From NCBI GenBank assembly GCA_049317285.1, contig JBMOIO010000001.1, positions 86,388 to 148,192 on the forward strand: a stretch of 61,805 bases of DNA, in the 5' to 3' direction. Of this stretch, positions 19,257-28,124 are shown one piece after another; positions within the stretch are counted from its first letter, which is position 1; each line of letters opens with the position of its first letter. A model generated the notes under the pieces. It ran no database searches, had not been told where the DNA came from, and saw only the letters and a list, made by a program, of their open reading frames with translations. The translations under genes were made by a program, and so were the position numbers. The stretch comes from Minisyncoccia bacterium (GTDB lineage Bacteria > Patescibacteriota > Minisyncoccia > Phycocordibacterales > UBA9973).

Positions 19257-20090
19257 TTAGTATTCCTTGTAGATTTTCTGTATTACGTACAATAGACGGT
19301 TTGGAATAGGGATAATTTTTAAAAACGTAAAACCAATAATTCGCATCGTCAGCAATATATATGCCACAATATACCCTGAATATACATATTTGTATTTACC
19401 TATAAGAATTCTCATCTTATAGGCTTGGCTGATTCTATTATTAAATGTTAGTGAATCTTCATGCACCATCAGTATGACAGTATTATCTTGCAAATTAGCA
19501 AATTTGCCCAACATTCCAAGCTTCAACCATAGCGCATAGTCCTCAATATGCTTCATGGAGGAAGATTCGTCATACCCTCCAGCGTCATTGATTGTGCTTT
19601 TTCGCATCATAACACTAGGATGCAAAAAACAGTTTTTTGAGAGAATACTCCTTCTGATTTGTACATCACTCTGAGATAACTGATAGGTGCCATACACATC
19701 CCCCCGTTCATTTACAATTGAACCATTTGTACCAACAAGCACATATTCTTTGTGTTCTTCCAAAAAAACTACTTGTTTCTTAAGTTTTTGAGTATCGATC
19801 CAAATATCATCGTCATCGATTCGGGCGATATATTCGCCCATAGCCTCATTGATTCCCCGATTGAGAGACTTCTGAATTCCAGTGTTTTTTTCATTCTTAT
19901 AAGAATGAATTCTTATATCATTTTCTTTGAATTCTTCAATAACAGCTACAGCTTCTGGGTCTAAACCATCATCGATTATTAAAAGCTCCCAGTTCTTGTA
20001 GCTCTGCGCTTGAACACTGTTAATTGCCCTCCCCAAAAAAGGAGGGTGTTTATAGGTCGGCAATATAATACTAATGAGTGGTTGTTTCAT
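19257..20090 (-). CDS. family 2 glycosyltransferase
   Basis: MKQPLISIILPTYKHPPFLGRAINSVQAQSYKNWELLIIDDG. The longer ORF to the ATG at 20144 is less likely. Confidence 0.85.
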   Translation of the reverse strand: MKQPLISIILPTYKHPPFLGRAINSVQAQSYKNWELLIIDDGLDPEAVAVIEEFKENDIRIHSYKNEKNTGIQKSLNRGINEAMGEYIARIDDDDIWIDTQKLKKQVVFLEEHKEYVLVGTNGSIVNERGDVYGTYQLSQSDVQIRRSILSKNCFLHPSVMMRKSTINDAGGYDESSSMKHIEDYALWLKLGMLGKFANLQDNTVILMVHEDSLTFNNRISQAYKMRILIGKYKYVYSGYIVAYILLTMRIIGFTFLKIIPIPNRLLYVIQKIYKEY

Positions 20091-21408
20091 ATCGAAGAGC
20101 GAGCGCAAGCAGTATCCAAAACCAATAGAGCTGGAGCCCGTCATTAAAAAACATGGTTATACAAAATGCTACAAGAGAACCAAGAATGACTAGATGTACA
20201 GGTAGTATTTCTTTTTTTATCGATGCATATATATATTTAAAACCATTTATAACGAGATACAAGAAACTGAGAAGCCCTATAATACCTCCCCAAAGCCACA
20301 TGGTTAAATAGGTATTATGAGGACCCGGGTTTATGAAGATTCCTTTTGCAAACACTACTACTGCGTCCATATGCGTATTAGGACCAAGCCCTAGAGGATT
20401 ATTGAAGACAATAGGAAGGTAGTGGCCCCATATCTGGAAGCGAGGTTCAGGACTCTTTTTTTCATCGCTCAATGAAGCGATAGTTGTTGCCGGTGTAGTG
20501 TCTTTCTTTTTTTGTATTGAATTTTTAATCACCTCTATAAGGCTTTTGTCCTTCAATTCGACTTGAGGCATCTGATCTCCGTCAAAATTCAACACCCTGT
20601 TAGTTGCGGCCTTCTTCCCTTCGTGAGGAACACTAAAGAATCCGAGCATAAGAATAAGAATAAGAAGTACTGCATTAAGAATAGTTTTCTTCCAATTTCG
20701 GTCTCTATATGCAACTGCAACCCATACTATGAACGCTCCTACGATTACTGCAAGAAGAGCGGCACGCTGTACAGTCCAAAATATGAGCGCAGTAAGAAGA
20801 ATTGCCCCTATGATACAAAGGACTCGACGCCAATACTTGTCGGAACTTATCAATGAGTATGCGATACACAGAAATAAAGGAATAAGTAGTGTCTTTGAAG
20901 CAATATGGACGTTATTAGTAAACCCGTGGAAGGCACCATCCTGCGCCAAGTGTAGTGAATATGCCGCTTCTGGAACAAGCACTGCTAGAATATATATTCC
21001 CGGCACTGAAAGTGCATACACGCATTTTTTGATGTACAAATGATCGTTTCTAGAATAATACAGAATGAGTATTCCACTGGTCGCAGCAGCAAGAAATGCT
21101 CCAAATTCATGTACAGTATTCGTCGTTGTAGGAATGTTTCGCACAAATACCGCAATTAGCCAACCCCCTAGAATTGAGCCGAGTAAAATATAAATTGCAA
21201 TCCAAAGTTTTTTTGAGATAGAAGTAAAAAATTCTTTCCATTTATTGTTTACAATAAGATCAACCAATGTAAGCAGTGAAACGATGATGAAAATTATTTC
21301 AAAAGGTTGGGGAATACCAGTCTGTGCAAAACTGCTGTTGCGAAACAGCAAGAGCATAAGTCCGATAAGGAGTATATTTTTATTTATTCTTTCAAGTGAA
21401 AATTTCAT
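20071..21408 (-). CDS. O-antigen ligase/polymerase-like (Wzy_C-type) membrane protein
   Basis: 445 aa, polytopic, with a large polar loop followed by ...PGPHNTYLTMWLWGGIIGLLSFLYL, typical of the Wzy_C family. Confidence 0.7.
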   Translation of the reverse strand: MKFSLERINKNILLIGLMLLLFRNSSFAQTGIPQPFEIIFIIVSLLTLVDLIVNNKWKEFFTSISKKLWIAIYILLGSILGGWLIAVFVRNIPTTTNTVHEFGAFLAAATSGILILYYSRNDHLYIKKCVYALSVPGIYILAVLVPEAAYSLHLAQDGAFHGFTNNVHIASKTLLIPLFLCIAYSLISSDKYWRRVLCIIGAILLTALIFWTVQRAALLAVIVGAFIVWVAVAYRDRNWKKTILNAVLLILILMLGFFSVPHEGKKAATNRVLNFDGDQMPQVELKDKSLIEVIKNSIQKKKDTTPATTIASLSDEKKSPEPRFQIWGHYLPIVFNNPLGLGPNTHMDAVVVFAKGIFINPGPHNTYLTMWLWGGIIGLLSFLYLVINGFKYIYASIKKEILPVHLVILGSLVAFCITMFFNDGLQLYWFWILLALALRYETTTH

Positions 21409-21426
21409 GCAATAGTTTTACCCTGT

Positions 21427-22305
21427 TTATATTCTTATCCACTCGGGCGGTATAAGGTCGCTCGTATCAATCGACGTGTCAACGAACCATTGTTGTGGAG
21501 CTATAACGACCTTATTGGGCGCTTTCGCAAGCCATGCCGCCCACCATGAAAACGAGCTATTGGGGATAATAAAGTGTTTACAGGCTCGCATCAAAGCAAA
21601 GTGCCCTATTGACCGCTCTCCACTATATTCATTTCCTACATACGTCGTCGAATACGGAAAAGAGAGGTTGTCCCTGCACCATGCTATGTCATCAGAAAAT
21701 ACGTACAAGTGCTCTATAGAGACCTTCTCTTTCATGGCTTCAAGCGCCTGGCTATAGTATAGATTACTGACAACCTCATGAACACTATTTCCCACATAAT
21801 CCCCTCGCCTAACATGAATACATACTGAGTTTTTTGATTCAATTTCTTTCTTTAGATTTTCAATATTTTCAGGAAGAGCTAGTCGGGGGGTGAAATCTTT
21901 TCTAATAGTTTCGGCAATAGATTCAAAATACTTGTAGCTTTGCCAATACCCATAGAGATACGCATCGGGACCAAGAGAAAATACTTTTTCATCAAAAGCA
22001 AATCGTTTTTCTTTTCCAAGCGCGGGGAGTACCTTGTCGCGAAGCTTATTTAACAATAGAGATACCTTCCCAAAACCAAAGCTCTTGTAAAAAAATGGTA
22101 TGTTTGCCTGCTGTACTATTTCTGTCTCAACACTAAACAAGTCGAGGTCATAATTGCGAAAGGTAAACCCTTTTCTCGGAGTCCTGTCGAGGAGGTATTC
22201 CAAGTCGAGCCCCAGTGTTGTACTGTTTTTGATAGCGACAGCACGCCCAACTGCGTACTGAAACATCTGATTTCCCAATCCTCCTTGTAGTCGTGTAATA
22301 ATCAT
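21427..22305 (-). CDS. GT11 alpha-1,2-fucosyltransferase
   Basis: MIITRLQGGLGNQMFQYAVGRA ... CIHVRRGDY ... IIPNSSFSWWAAWL are the canonical GT11 motifs. Confidence 0.88.
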   Translation of the reverse strand: MIITRLQGGLGNQMFQYAVGRAVAIKNSTTLGLDLEYLLDRTPRKGFTFRNYDLDLFSVETEIVQQANIPFFYKSFGFGKVSLLLNKLRDKVLPALGKEKRFAFDEKVFSLGPDAYLYGYWQSYKYFESIAETIRKDFTPRLALPENIENLKKEIESKNSVCIHVRRGDYVGNSVHEVVSNLYYSQALEAMKEKVSIEHLYVFSDDIAWCRDNLSFPYSTTYVGNEYSGERSIGHFALMRACKHFIIPNSSFSWWAAWLAKAPNKVVIAPQQWFVDTSIDTSDLIPPEWIRI

Positions 22306-22306
22306 T

Positions 22307-24361
22307 TTAGTTTAGCGTAAAACCCGGTATGTACTGCTGTGCCCTCTCGAGAGAAGAATGATAGTATGCAGTATCTTTCATAGTTGCCGCCAACTGCAAA
22401 ATAAAATAATGGGTTGTATGGATAGTAGGGTCGACTTGGACTGCTTGTTCTAGAAAATCCTTTGCCCCTGCCCTATTTCCTGCAAGCATCTCTATTTGAC
22501 CTGCCAGCCAATACGGCTGAGGATCAGTTGGTGAAAGCCCTATTGATTCCTTTGCGAGCCCTCGTGCTCGAGTAAGTATACTTGCATCAACCGTACCTGC
22601 TATCCTCATGCGTGTGTAGTCAATATGTGCGGCAATAAGTGTCAGCCCATAACTCCCCTTCCTTGACTGTCGCAACTCTTCCATATATTTCCCAATCGCA
22701 TCGAGCTCCTTCAAAGAAGCTTCTTTTAATAGAGGATCCCCTGTTATGATATCCTTTGCATTTTCGTTATATGCTTTGTGTACTTTATTGAACAAGATAA
22801 TACTGTCATAGCCATCCCCCATCGGAGAGATTCCCGCAAACTCACTCCATCGCGTTGCACGTGCCGGAAGATTTGTATTATATACAGCGTTCATCGTGCG
22901 ATCTTTTTGATAGGGCAAAGCGATGGTATATATAAACAGTACTATCGCGCCACAAACAATACTCCAAAAAATAATCTTTTCGTTTATAGAGAGTTCACGC
23001 AGATACGTACCACTTTCTTTCTTTTCAGCAGAAAGACCATAGAACATACCAGTAATCACGCCGAGTATGGCAAGTGATAAAAGTGACTCAAATATAAATT
23101 GGGCTTGAAACAACCATCCACTCAATGCACCGATAAGCAAGCTTGCTTCCATGGCCGAGATCGTTGCTTTGCGCTTTGCCTTTACTATTGCAACCACGAT
23201 TGATAGGAGGAAAAATAGAAGCCCCGCCATAAGTACTACTCCGCCCGTCACGAGCGTTTCAAAGAACAGGTTATGAGTCCTACTCACCCATATTTCACCA
23301 TTTGGTATATTGAGCATTTCTGGTTTAAAAAATGTATGGTACGTACTATCAAATGTACCAGGTCCCCACCCCACGACCGGGCGCTCCATGAATCCTTGCC
23401 ACGCTATATCCCAAAAGATAAGACGCATTGGTGACGCTTGCTCGACAAAACGTTGGTGTATCGTCGTCGTAGGAGTGAAGAGCTGTATTCCGCCTAGTAT
23501 AGTACCTCCGAGTACAAGAACGAGGAATCCGATACCAATAGATTTCTTTATAACGCTCTTTTGTAGCGCAAGATAGGTAAGAATCGCCATGATCACACCA
23601 AATACAATACCTAGAGCAGCACCTCGGGCTACTCCTATCAGGCTCGTCATACCCGAAAAAGAAGCTTGGCCCATGAGCACCTGCCAGTTTACAAACAGTG
23701 GCGACAATCCGAGTATGCCAACTGCTGTCATCCACCAGACTTTCGAAGAGGTTTTCTTCGCAGCAGCAAAGAGTATGAGGGCAAAAAATAGGTGCAATAG
23801 TACATACGTTCCAGCGATTGAGGAGTTTCCTGTCGTTGCACCACTCCGTGGTTGCGCAAACCATGTGCCTATACCGTCAGGAGAAAGTATGGTGAATAGT
23901 GAAAGTATTGTTGCGCCGATTACTGAGGCGCGCAAAAGCGACCAATAGACACTCTTACCGCGTAGTACCACAAGCGTATAGATAGTGAGTGCAAATATCG
24001 TAACGTACGTGATAGCAAATACTCCATCTGTCAAACCAAATGAAGAAAAAAATGATGTTTCCCTGTCAGTACTAGCTACCGATACTATGATAAAAGCACC
24101 GAGATATGCAATGAGTCCATATCCGTACCAATTACGAAACAGTGTCCTTGGTATCCACCGAGCGTGTATCCATGTGTACGCAGTAGCAATGCCAAGAATA
24201 AGGACAATTGACCCAAAGAAAAAATACCGAAGCGATGCATAGGTCGTACTAACCCCGGGCACATAAATGAGTGGTAAACAGAAAAGCAGAATAAGGCTCA
24301 GGTTCATAGCAAGTGTAACGGAAAAGAGCTTTTCTTCCCAGTTTCGACGCAGTGCTTTCAT
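22307..24361 (-). CDS. Wzy_C/O-antigen-ligase-like polytopic membrane protein with a C-terminal TPR domain
   Basis: 684 aa with 10 or more TM helices. It has the motif ...WVSRTHNLFFETLVTGGVVLMAGLLFF and a soluble C-terminus of about 200 aa with TPR-like repeats (WLAGQIEMLAGNRAGAKDFLEQAVQVDP...). Confidence 0.7.
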   Translation of the reverse strand: MKALRRNWEEKLFSVTLAMNLSLILLFCLPLIYVPGVSTTYASLRYFFFGSIVLILGIATAYTWIHARWIPRTLFRNWYGYGLIAYLGAFIIVSVASTDRETSFFSSFGLTDGVFAITYVTIFALTIYTLVVLRGKSVYWSLLRASVIGATILSLFTILSPDGIGTWFAQPRSGATTGNSSIAGTYVLLHLFFALILFAAAKKTSSKVWWMTAVGILGLSPLFVNWQVLMGQASFSGMTSLIGVARGAALGIVFGVIMAILTYLALQKSVIKKSIGIGFLVLVLGGTILGGIQLFTPTTTIHQRFVEQASPMRLIFWDIAWQGFMERPVVGWGPGTFDSTYHTFFKPEMLNIPNGEIWVSRTHNLFFETLVTGGVVLMAGLLFFLLSIVVAIVKAKRKATISAMEASLLIGALSGWLFQAQFIFESLLSLAILGVITGMFYGLSAEKKESGTYLRELSINEKIIFWSIVCGAIVLFIYTIALPYQKDRTMNAVYNTNLPARATRWSEFAGISPMGDGYDSIILFNKVHKAYNENAKDIITGDPLLKEASLKELDAIGKYMEELRQSRKGSYGLTLIAAHIDYTRMRIAGTVDASILTRARGLAKESIGLSPTDPQPYWLAGQIEMLAGNRAGAKDFLEQAVQVDPTIHTTHYFILQLAATMKDTAYYHSSLERAQQYIPGFTLN

Positions 24362-24394
24362 TCCAAAAGAGTACCATACATCGAGGCCCCATAC

Positions 24395-24423
24395 AAAAAA
24401 CCACCCCTCGGGGTGGTTTTTTG
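24395..24423 (-). terminator. intrinsic (bidirectional) terminator after the surface-protein gene
   Basis: aaaaaaccacccc-tcg-gggtggtttttt. Confidence 0.7.
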
Positions 24424-24470
24424 TTATCTAGATTTCTATGAGAGAGATCTATCTAACTTAAACTAATCGA

Positions 24471-26408
24471 TTAGAAAAGGTTAAGGAAGAGAGGGTCAGT
24501 CTTGTAGTCACCTGGAAGAGCAAAGTCGTAAACATTGTCGTCACCACCTGCTTCATGATCCCATCCGATTGCTTCAAGTGAAACTTGAGCAAATGCGTCA
24601 CCAGTAGCTGTAACGTTTACTGTAAGAGTAAATGTTTCAGAATCACCTTCTTCTACGAGGAATGAGTTAGCGTAGTCAGCATGAGTTGTGCTGCCAGTTG
24701 CAGTCATAACACAGTTTGTTGAGTTGCTTCCATCATTAGTGATTTTGTATGAAGTAGTAGTTGATACTTCAGAACCGTTATTGTCCTCTGTACAAGTGTT
24801 ATCAATGAAGATATCACCATCAAATGCAGTGATCTTGTACTTGATAACGAACTGACCTTGGTCACCAGTACCTGAAGTGTCAGAAGTAGTAGTCTTAGTT
24901 TCAGTAGCGCTTACGAGTTCGATGTTAAATCCAACGTCGTATACCACTGAAGCTTCACCATTTGCTGAACCTGTAAGGTCACCAGATGCAAGACCTTCAC
25001 CAGATTCGTCTTCAGCATCGATCAATGCAACACGAGTAGCATCAAGTTCTACCTTGATTGTGTCAGCTTCATCGAGAGCGTCAGCTACGCTGAGGAAGGT
25101 TGCCTTAACCCAGAATTCTTCTGTGTCACCAGCATCAATTGTAATATCGAGGTCTTCGAATGTTACAACTTCTGTAGTTCCAGCAGATGAAGGAATGCTC
25201 TGAGAGTCAAGCTTTGTTGTACCGTGGTACAAGTCGAGACTTGAGATCATGTCGTCAACATTTGCTGCACCTGTAACAGTTACGAGAACAGGGATTTCCT
25301 TAACAGTGATATCTGAATCACCTTCAGCTTCAAGCTCGAAAGCAAGAAGAGCTACGTTGTCAGTATCAGCAGTTGCATCAACATTGATAACGTGTGCAAG
25401 GTTGATTTCATCTTCATCACTATTTGCAGAAACAGAAAGTTCTACATCATTTGCTGATGCAAATGTAGCGAATGAGAATGAGCGAACACCTGTTGTAGGA
25501 TCTTCTGTTGTTGTTGCACCTTGTGCATCAACGAAACGAACAGAAGTAACGTCAACAGTCCATGTGTCAGTAGCGTCATCGTCGTTACTGTCAAGGTTTG
25601 AAACACCTGAAAGCGCTACGTAGAGCTCTGCAACATCACCTTCGCGGATAACAGTGTCGCCAGAGAGAGAGATAGTCTTCTCTTCGTCATTGTCGTCGTT
25701 GAATTCGTCAGCGTCAACAGTTGCAACCTTTGTAGAACCGAGCCAAACAGTTACTTCAGAAGCAACGTCTTCGAGGTCAGTTGTAGTAGCGGTTGTACCA
25801 GTGCGAGCGAACTTCAGCTTTACAGCTGTAACGCGAACGTCTGATGAACTGTCTTCAACATCGAGTTCAAGACCCAAAACCTTTACGTTGTCTTCATCTT
25901 CTCCAACTTCTTCGTTACTGATTCCAGAAACGAGAGAGTAGTCGATTGATCCAACTGAACCAGTGAGGCCACCAGTTGTAGTTGATCCACCTGAAGTAGC
26001 TGAATCACACTTTACGCCAGTTGTAGAAGAGAATCCTACAGCTGAAGTACAGCCTGCTGGGAAGTTGCCAGATGATACTGAACCACCAGTGTTCGCTGCG
26101 ATAGCAGTGCCAGTCTGAGCACCTACAACACCATCAACAGTGAGGCCTTTTGCTGACTGGAAAGCCATAACAGCTGCCTTTGTCTTTGCACCGAAGTACA
26201 TAGATTCCATTCCTGGAGATCCAGCACCAGTAGTAGATACCAAGAAACCGTGTGCGTTAAGAGACTCTTGAAGACTCTTAACCTGTGAACTAGCCTGCCC
26301 CATCTTGAGGAGACTTGAGTGCGTGTAAGCCGCTTCTACATTAGCCGCGCCAAAAGCGATGACAAATGCAAGAGCTGCACCTACGAGAAATTTAAATTTT
26401 GTAGTCAT
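24471..26408 (-). CDS. secreted, highly acidic Thr/Ser/Asp-rich surface protein with an N-terminal peptidoglycan-binding domain (S-layer-like candidate)
   Basis: 645 aa with a signal peptide (MTTKFKFLVGAALAFVIAFGAANVEA). A PG_binding_1-like block (VKSLQESLNAHGF...AVMAFQSAKGLTVDGVVGAQT) is followed by repetitive beta-rich D/E/T/S-rich modules with very few K or R. Confidence 0.8.
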   Translation of the reverse strand: MTTKFKFLVGAALAFVIAFGAANVEAAYTHSSLLKMGQASSQVKSLQESLNAHGFLVSTTGAGSPGMESMYFGAKTKAAVMAFQSAKGLTVDGVVGAQTGTAIAANTGGSVSSGNFPAGCTSAVGFSSTTGVKCDSATSGGSTTTGGLTGSVGSIDYSLVSGISNEEVGEDEDNVKVLGLELDVEDSSSDVRVTAVKLKFARTGTTATTTDLEDVASEVTVWLGSTKVATVDADEFNDDNDEEKTISLSGDTVIREGDVAELYVALSGVSNLDSNDDDATDTWTVDVTSVRFVDAQGATTTEDPTTGVRSFSFATFASANDVELSVSANSDEDEINLAHVINVDATADTDNVALLAFELEAEGDSDITVKEIPVLVTVTGAANVDDMISSLDLYHGTTKLDSQSIPSSAGTTEVVTFEDLDITIDAGDTEEFWVKATFLSVADALDEADTIKVELDATRVALIDAEDESGEGLASGDLTGSANGEASVVYDVGFNIELVSATETKTTTSDTSGTGDQGQFVIKYKITAFDGDIFIDNTCTEDNNGSEVSTTTSYKITNDGSNSTNCVMTATGSTTHADYANSFLVEEGDSETFTLTVNVTATGDAFAQVSLEAIGWDHEAGGDDNVYDFALPGDYKTDPLFLNLF

Positions 26409-26999
26409 AGATTATTTACTATTATTAATCGTTTGCAGTTTGTCCCGAGTCATTCTCCGAAGAAAATGAAAAGAGTAAGTGTGATGTCGACAAACACCAC
26501 AAACAAACATACAACGTTGTCTCAGTGCACTTATATCTTTTTCATACAAATGCAACGGACGTGTAATTTGCAGAGGAGAGTGAATTACTGCACTCCCTAT
26601 CTGCCGTGTCGACAAGGCCGATATCGTGTCTTCGTCTCCACCCCGAGCCGGCGCATACTATATATAGTGCGCACCGTTTGGAATGGCGACAGAAAACAAA
26701 AAAGGGCAGCCGTCGAAAACTAATACTATTTTGTTGATTGCTCAACGAGATAATTATTTTGTTTTCAATGAAATGCCCCCTTCGTGATTCTCATCACGAA
26801 TTTGTCTTCTGCCGCCTGTTGCGTTTGACCGCACCAGGAGAGACAGAGACAGTCATATACTACCACAAAATCGCCATAAGCGCGAGTGGTAGTACGACCA
26901 CAATAGTATATCGTAGTGCTGCTCTTGTCGCAAAAACAAATTCGTGGAAAACCACCTACAAATAAGACGAAAGACTTGTTTATCTCTTACAAAAAAGAA

Positions 27000-27668
27000 T
27001 TATATCGCCATGTACACACTCCAGCGTTTTGCTCCACGCTTAGTGATGCGCCCAGTTGCAACCAAGGTCCCGAGCTCTCTCTGTATTGTCTTTTCGCTCG
27101 TGTCCGGAAACAGGAGTGCAATGTCCTTGATACCCGCACTTTTGCGCTCATTGATAAAAGACAATATATGCTGTTGGCGCTCAGGCTTTACTGCATTTTT
27201 AGCATTAAAAATAGGCTCATTGTTTCGCACAACACTCTGTCCGATAGAAGAAAGTGGTGTGTGTGTCTTTTTAAATGCAACACTTCGCTCTGTCCCATAG
27301 TGCGCACCCAATGCTCCTGGTTGTGCTCCAAAATGCATTTCCAATGTCGTGGTAAGTGTGTCAGAAGAGCTATCGGAAAGTGCTAAAAAGTGACGGAGCT
27401 CAAGTGTGATGATTGATGCATTTCTCTCAGAAATAAGGCGAGCAAGGACTGCTACAGAAAGGAGGTCTGAAATGCCCCGAGCAAGGCGCGCTCCCACATC
27501 GCCAGCGGGTGCGCTCAATAATGTTACTGCGTGTGTGCGGAGGGTGTTTTTGAGTGGGTCAATATCGGACAAGTGGGCCGTGACAAGATACAGTGCCGCG
27601 GCAATTTTTTGCCCCTTTAAACTGTCCTTTATAGAATGACCTGAAATTGTTGATTTTTTTTGTATCAT
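27000..27668 (-). CDS. putative transcriptional regulator with a C-terminal DeoR-like winged HTH
   Basis: 222 aa. The C-terminus reads ERQQHILSFINERKSAGIKDIALLFPDTSEKTIQRELGTLVATGRITKRG. Confidence 0.6.
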   Translation of the reverse strand: MIQKKSTISGHSIKDSLKGQKIAAALYLVTAHLSDIDPLKNTLRTHAVTLLSAPAGDVGARLARGISDLLSVAVLARLISERNASIITLELRHFLALSDSSSDTLTTTLEMHFGAQPGALGAHYGTERSVAFKKTHTPLSSIGQSVVRNNEPIFNAKNAVKPERQQHILSFINERKSAGIKDIALLFPDTSEKTIQRELGTLVATGRITKRGAKRWSVYMAI

Positions 27669-27853
27669 TTGCGTATATTTTGTCTTTTATGTGTCTCTGA
27701 TATGTCTTATAGACAACACTATGTACGAGAGCAGTATAACGGACACATTCGCGCACCACAACTATAGGGTGTGTCGTAATAAACCGTTGCAAATAAATAG
27801 TTTTTTCCTTTTGTGCTTGATATACTGTCAGCGTAGCACCCGCCAAAATTTTC

Positions 27854-28108
27854 ATGCAGTACGTGTATGTATTACAGAGCAAGAAGGATAAAGGTTTTTA
27901 TACTGGTTGTACAGAAAACTTAAAGGGGAGGCTTTCTTCGCATAATGCCGGAAAAGTCGAATCTACCCGAGACAGAAAACCTTTATCCCTTGTGTATTAT
28001 GAAGCCTTTATAAACAAGGCCGATGCATTTCAAAGAGAAAGGTGGCTTAAGACTGGTTGGGGTCGAAATCAAATTATGAAATTATTACAGAATTATCTAA
28101 AAATTTAG
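27854..28108 (+). CDS. small stand-alone GIY-YIG nuclease-domain protein
   Basis: 84 aa: YVYVLQSKKDKGFYTGCTENLKGRLSSHN... Confidence 0.8.
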   Translation: MQYVYVLQSKKDKGFYTGCTENLKGRLSSHNAGKVESTRDRKPLSLVYYEAFINKADAFQRERWLKTGWGRNQIMKLLQNYLKI

Positions 28109-28124
28109 GCGGGCAAGCATCTCT

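Noticed and set aside
26319-27386. Track ORFs in the long gap upstream of the surface-protein gene: 26319..26723, 26412..26615, 26542..26745, 26738..26965, 26916..27386 and 26944..27300.
   Set aside because: They are mutually overlapping and rich in Cys, Arg and Ser, with no domain signatures. Some run antisense into the 27000-27668 regulator gene. They were treated as non-coding, and the region is flagged instead as an unusually long UTR or intergenic gap.
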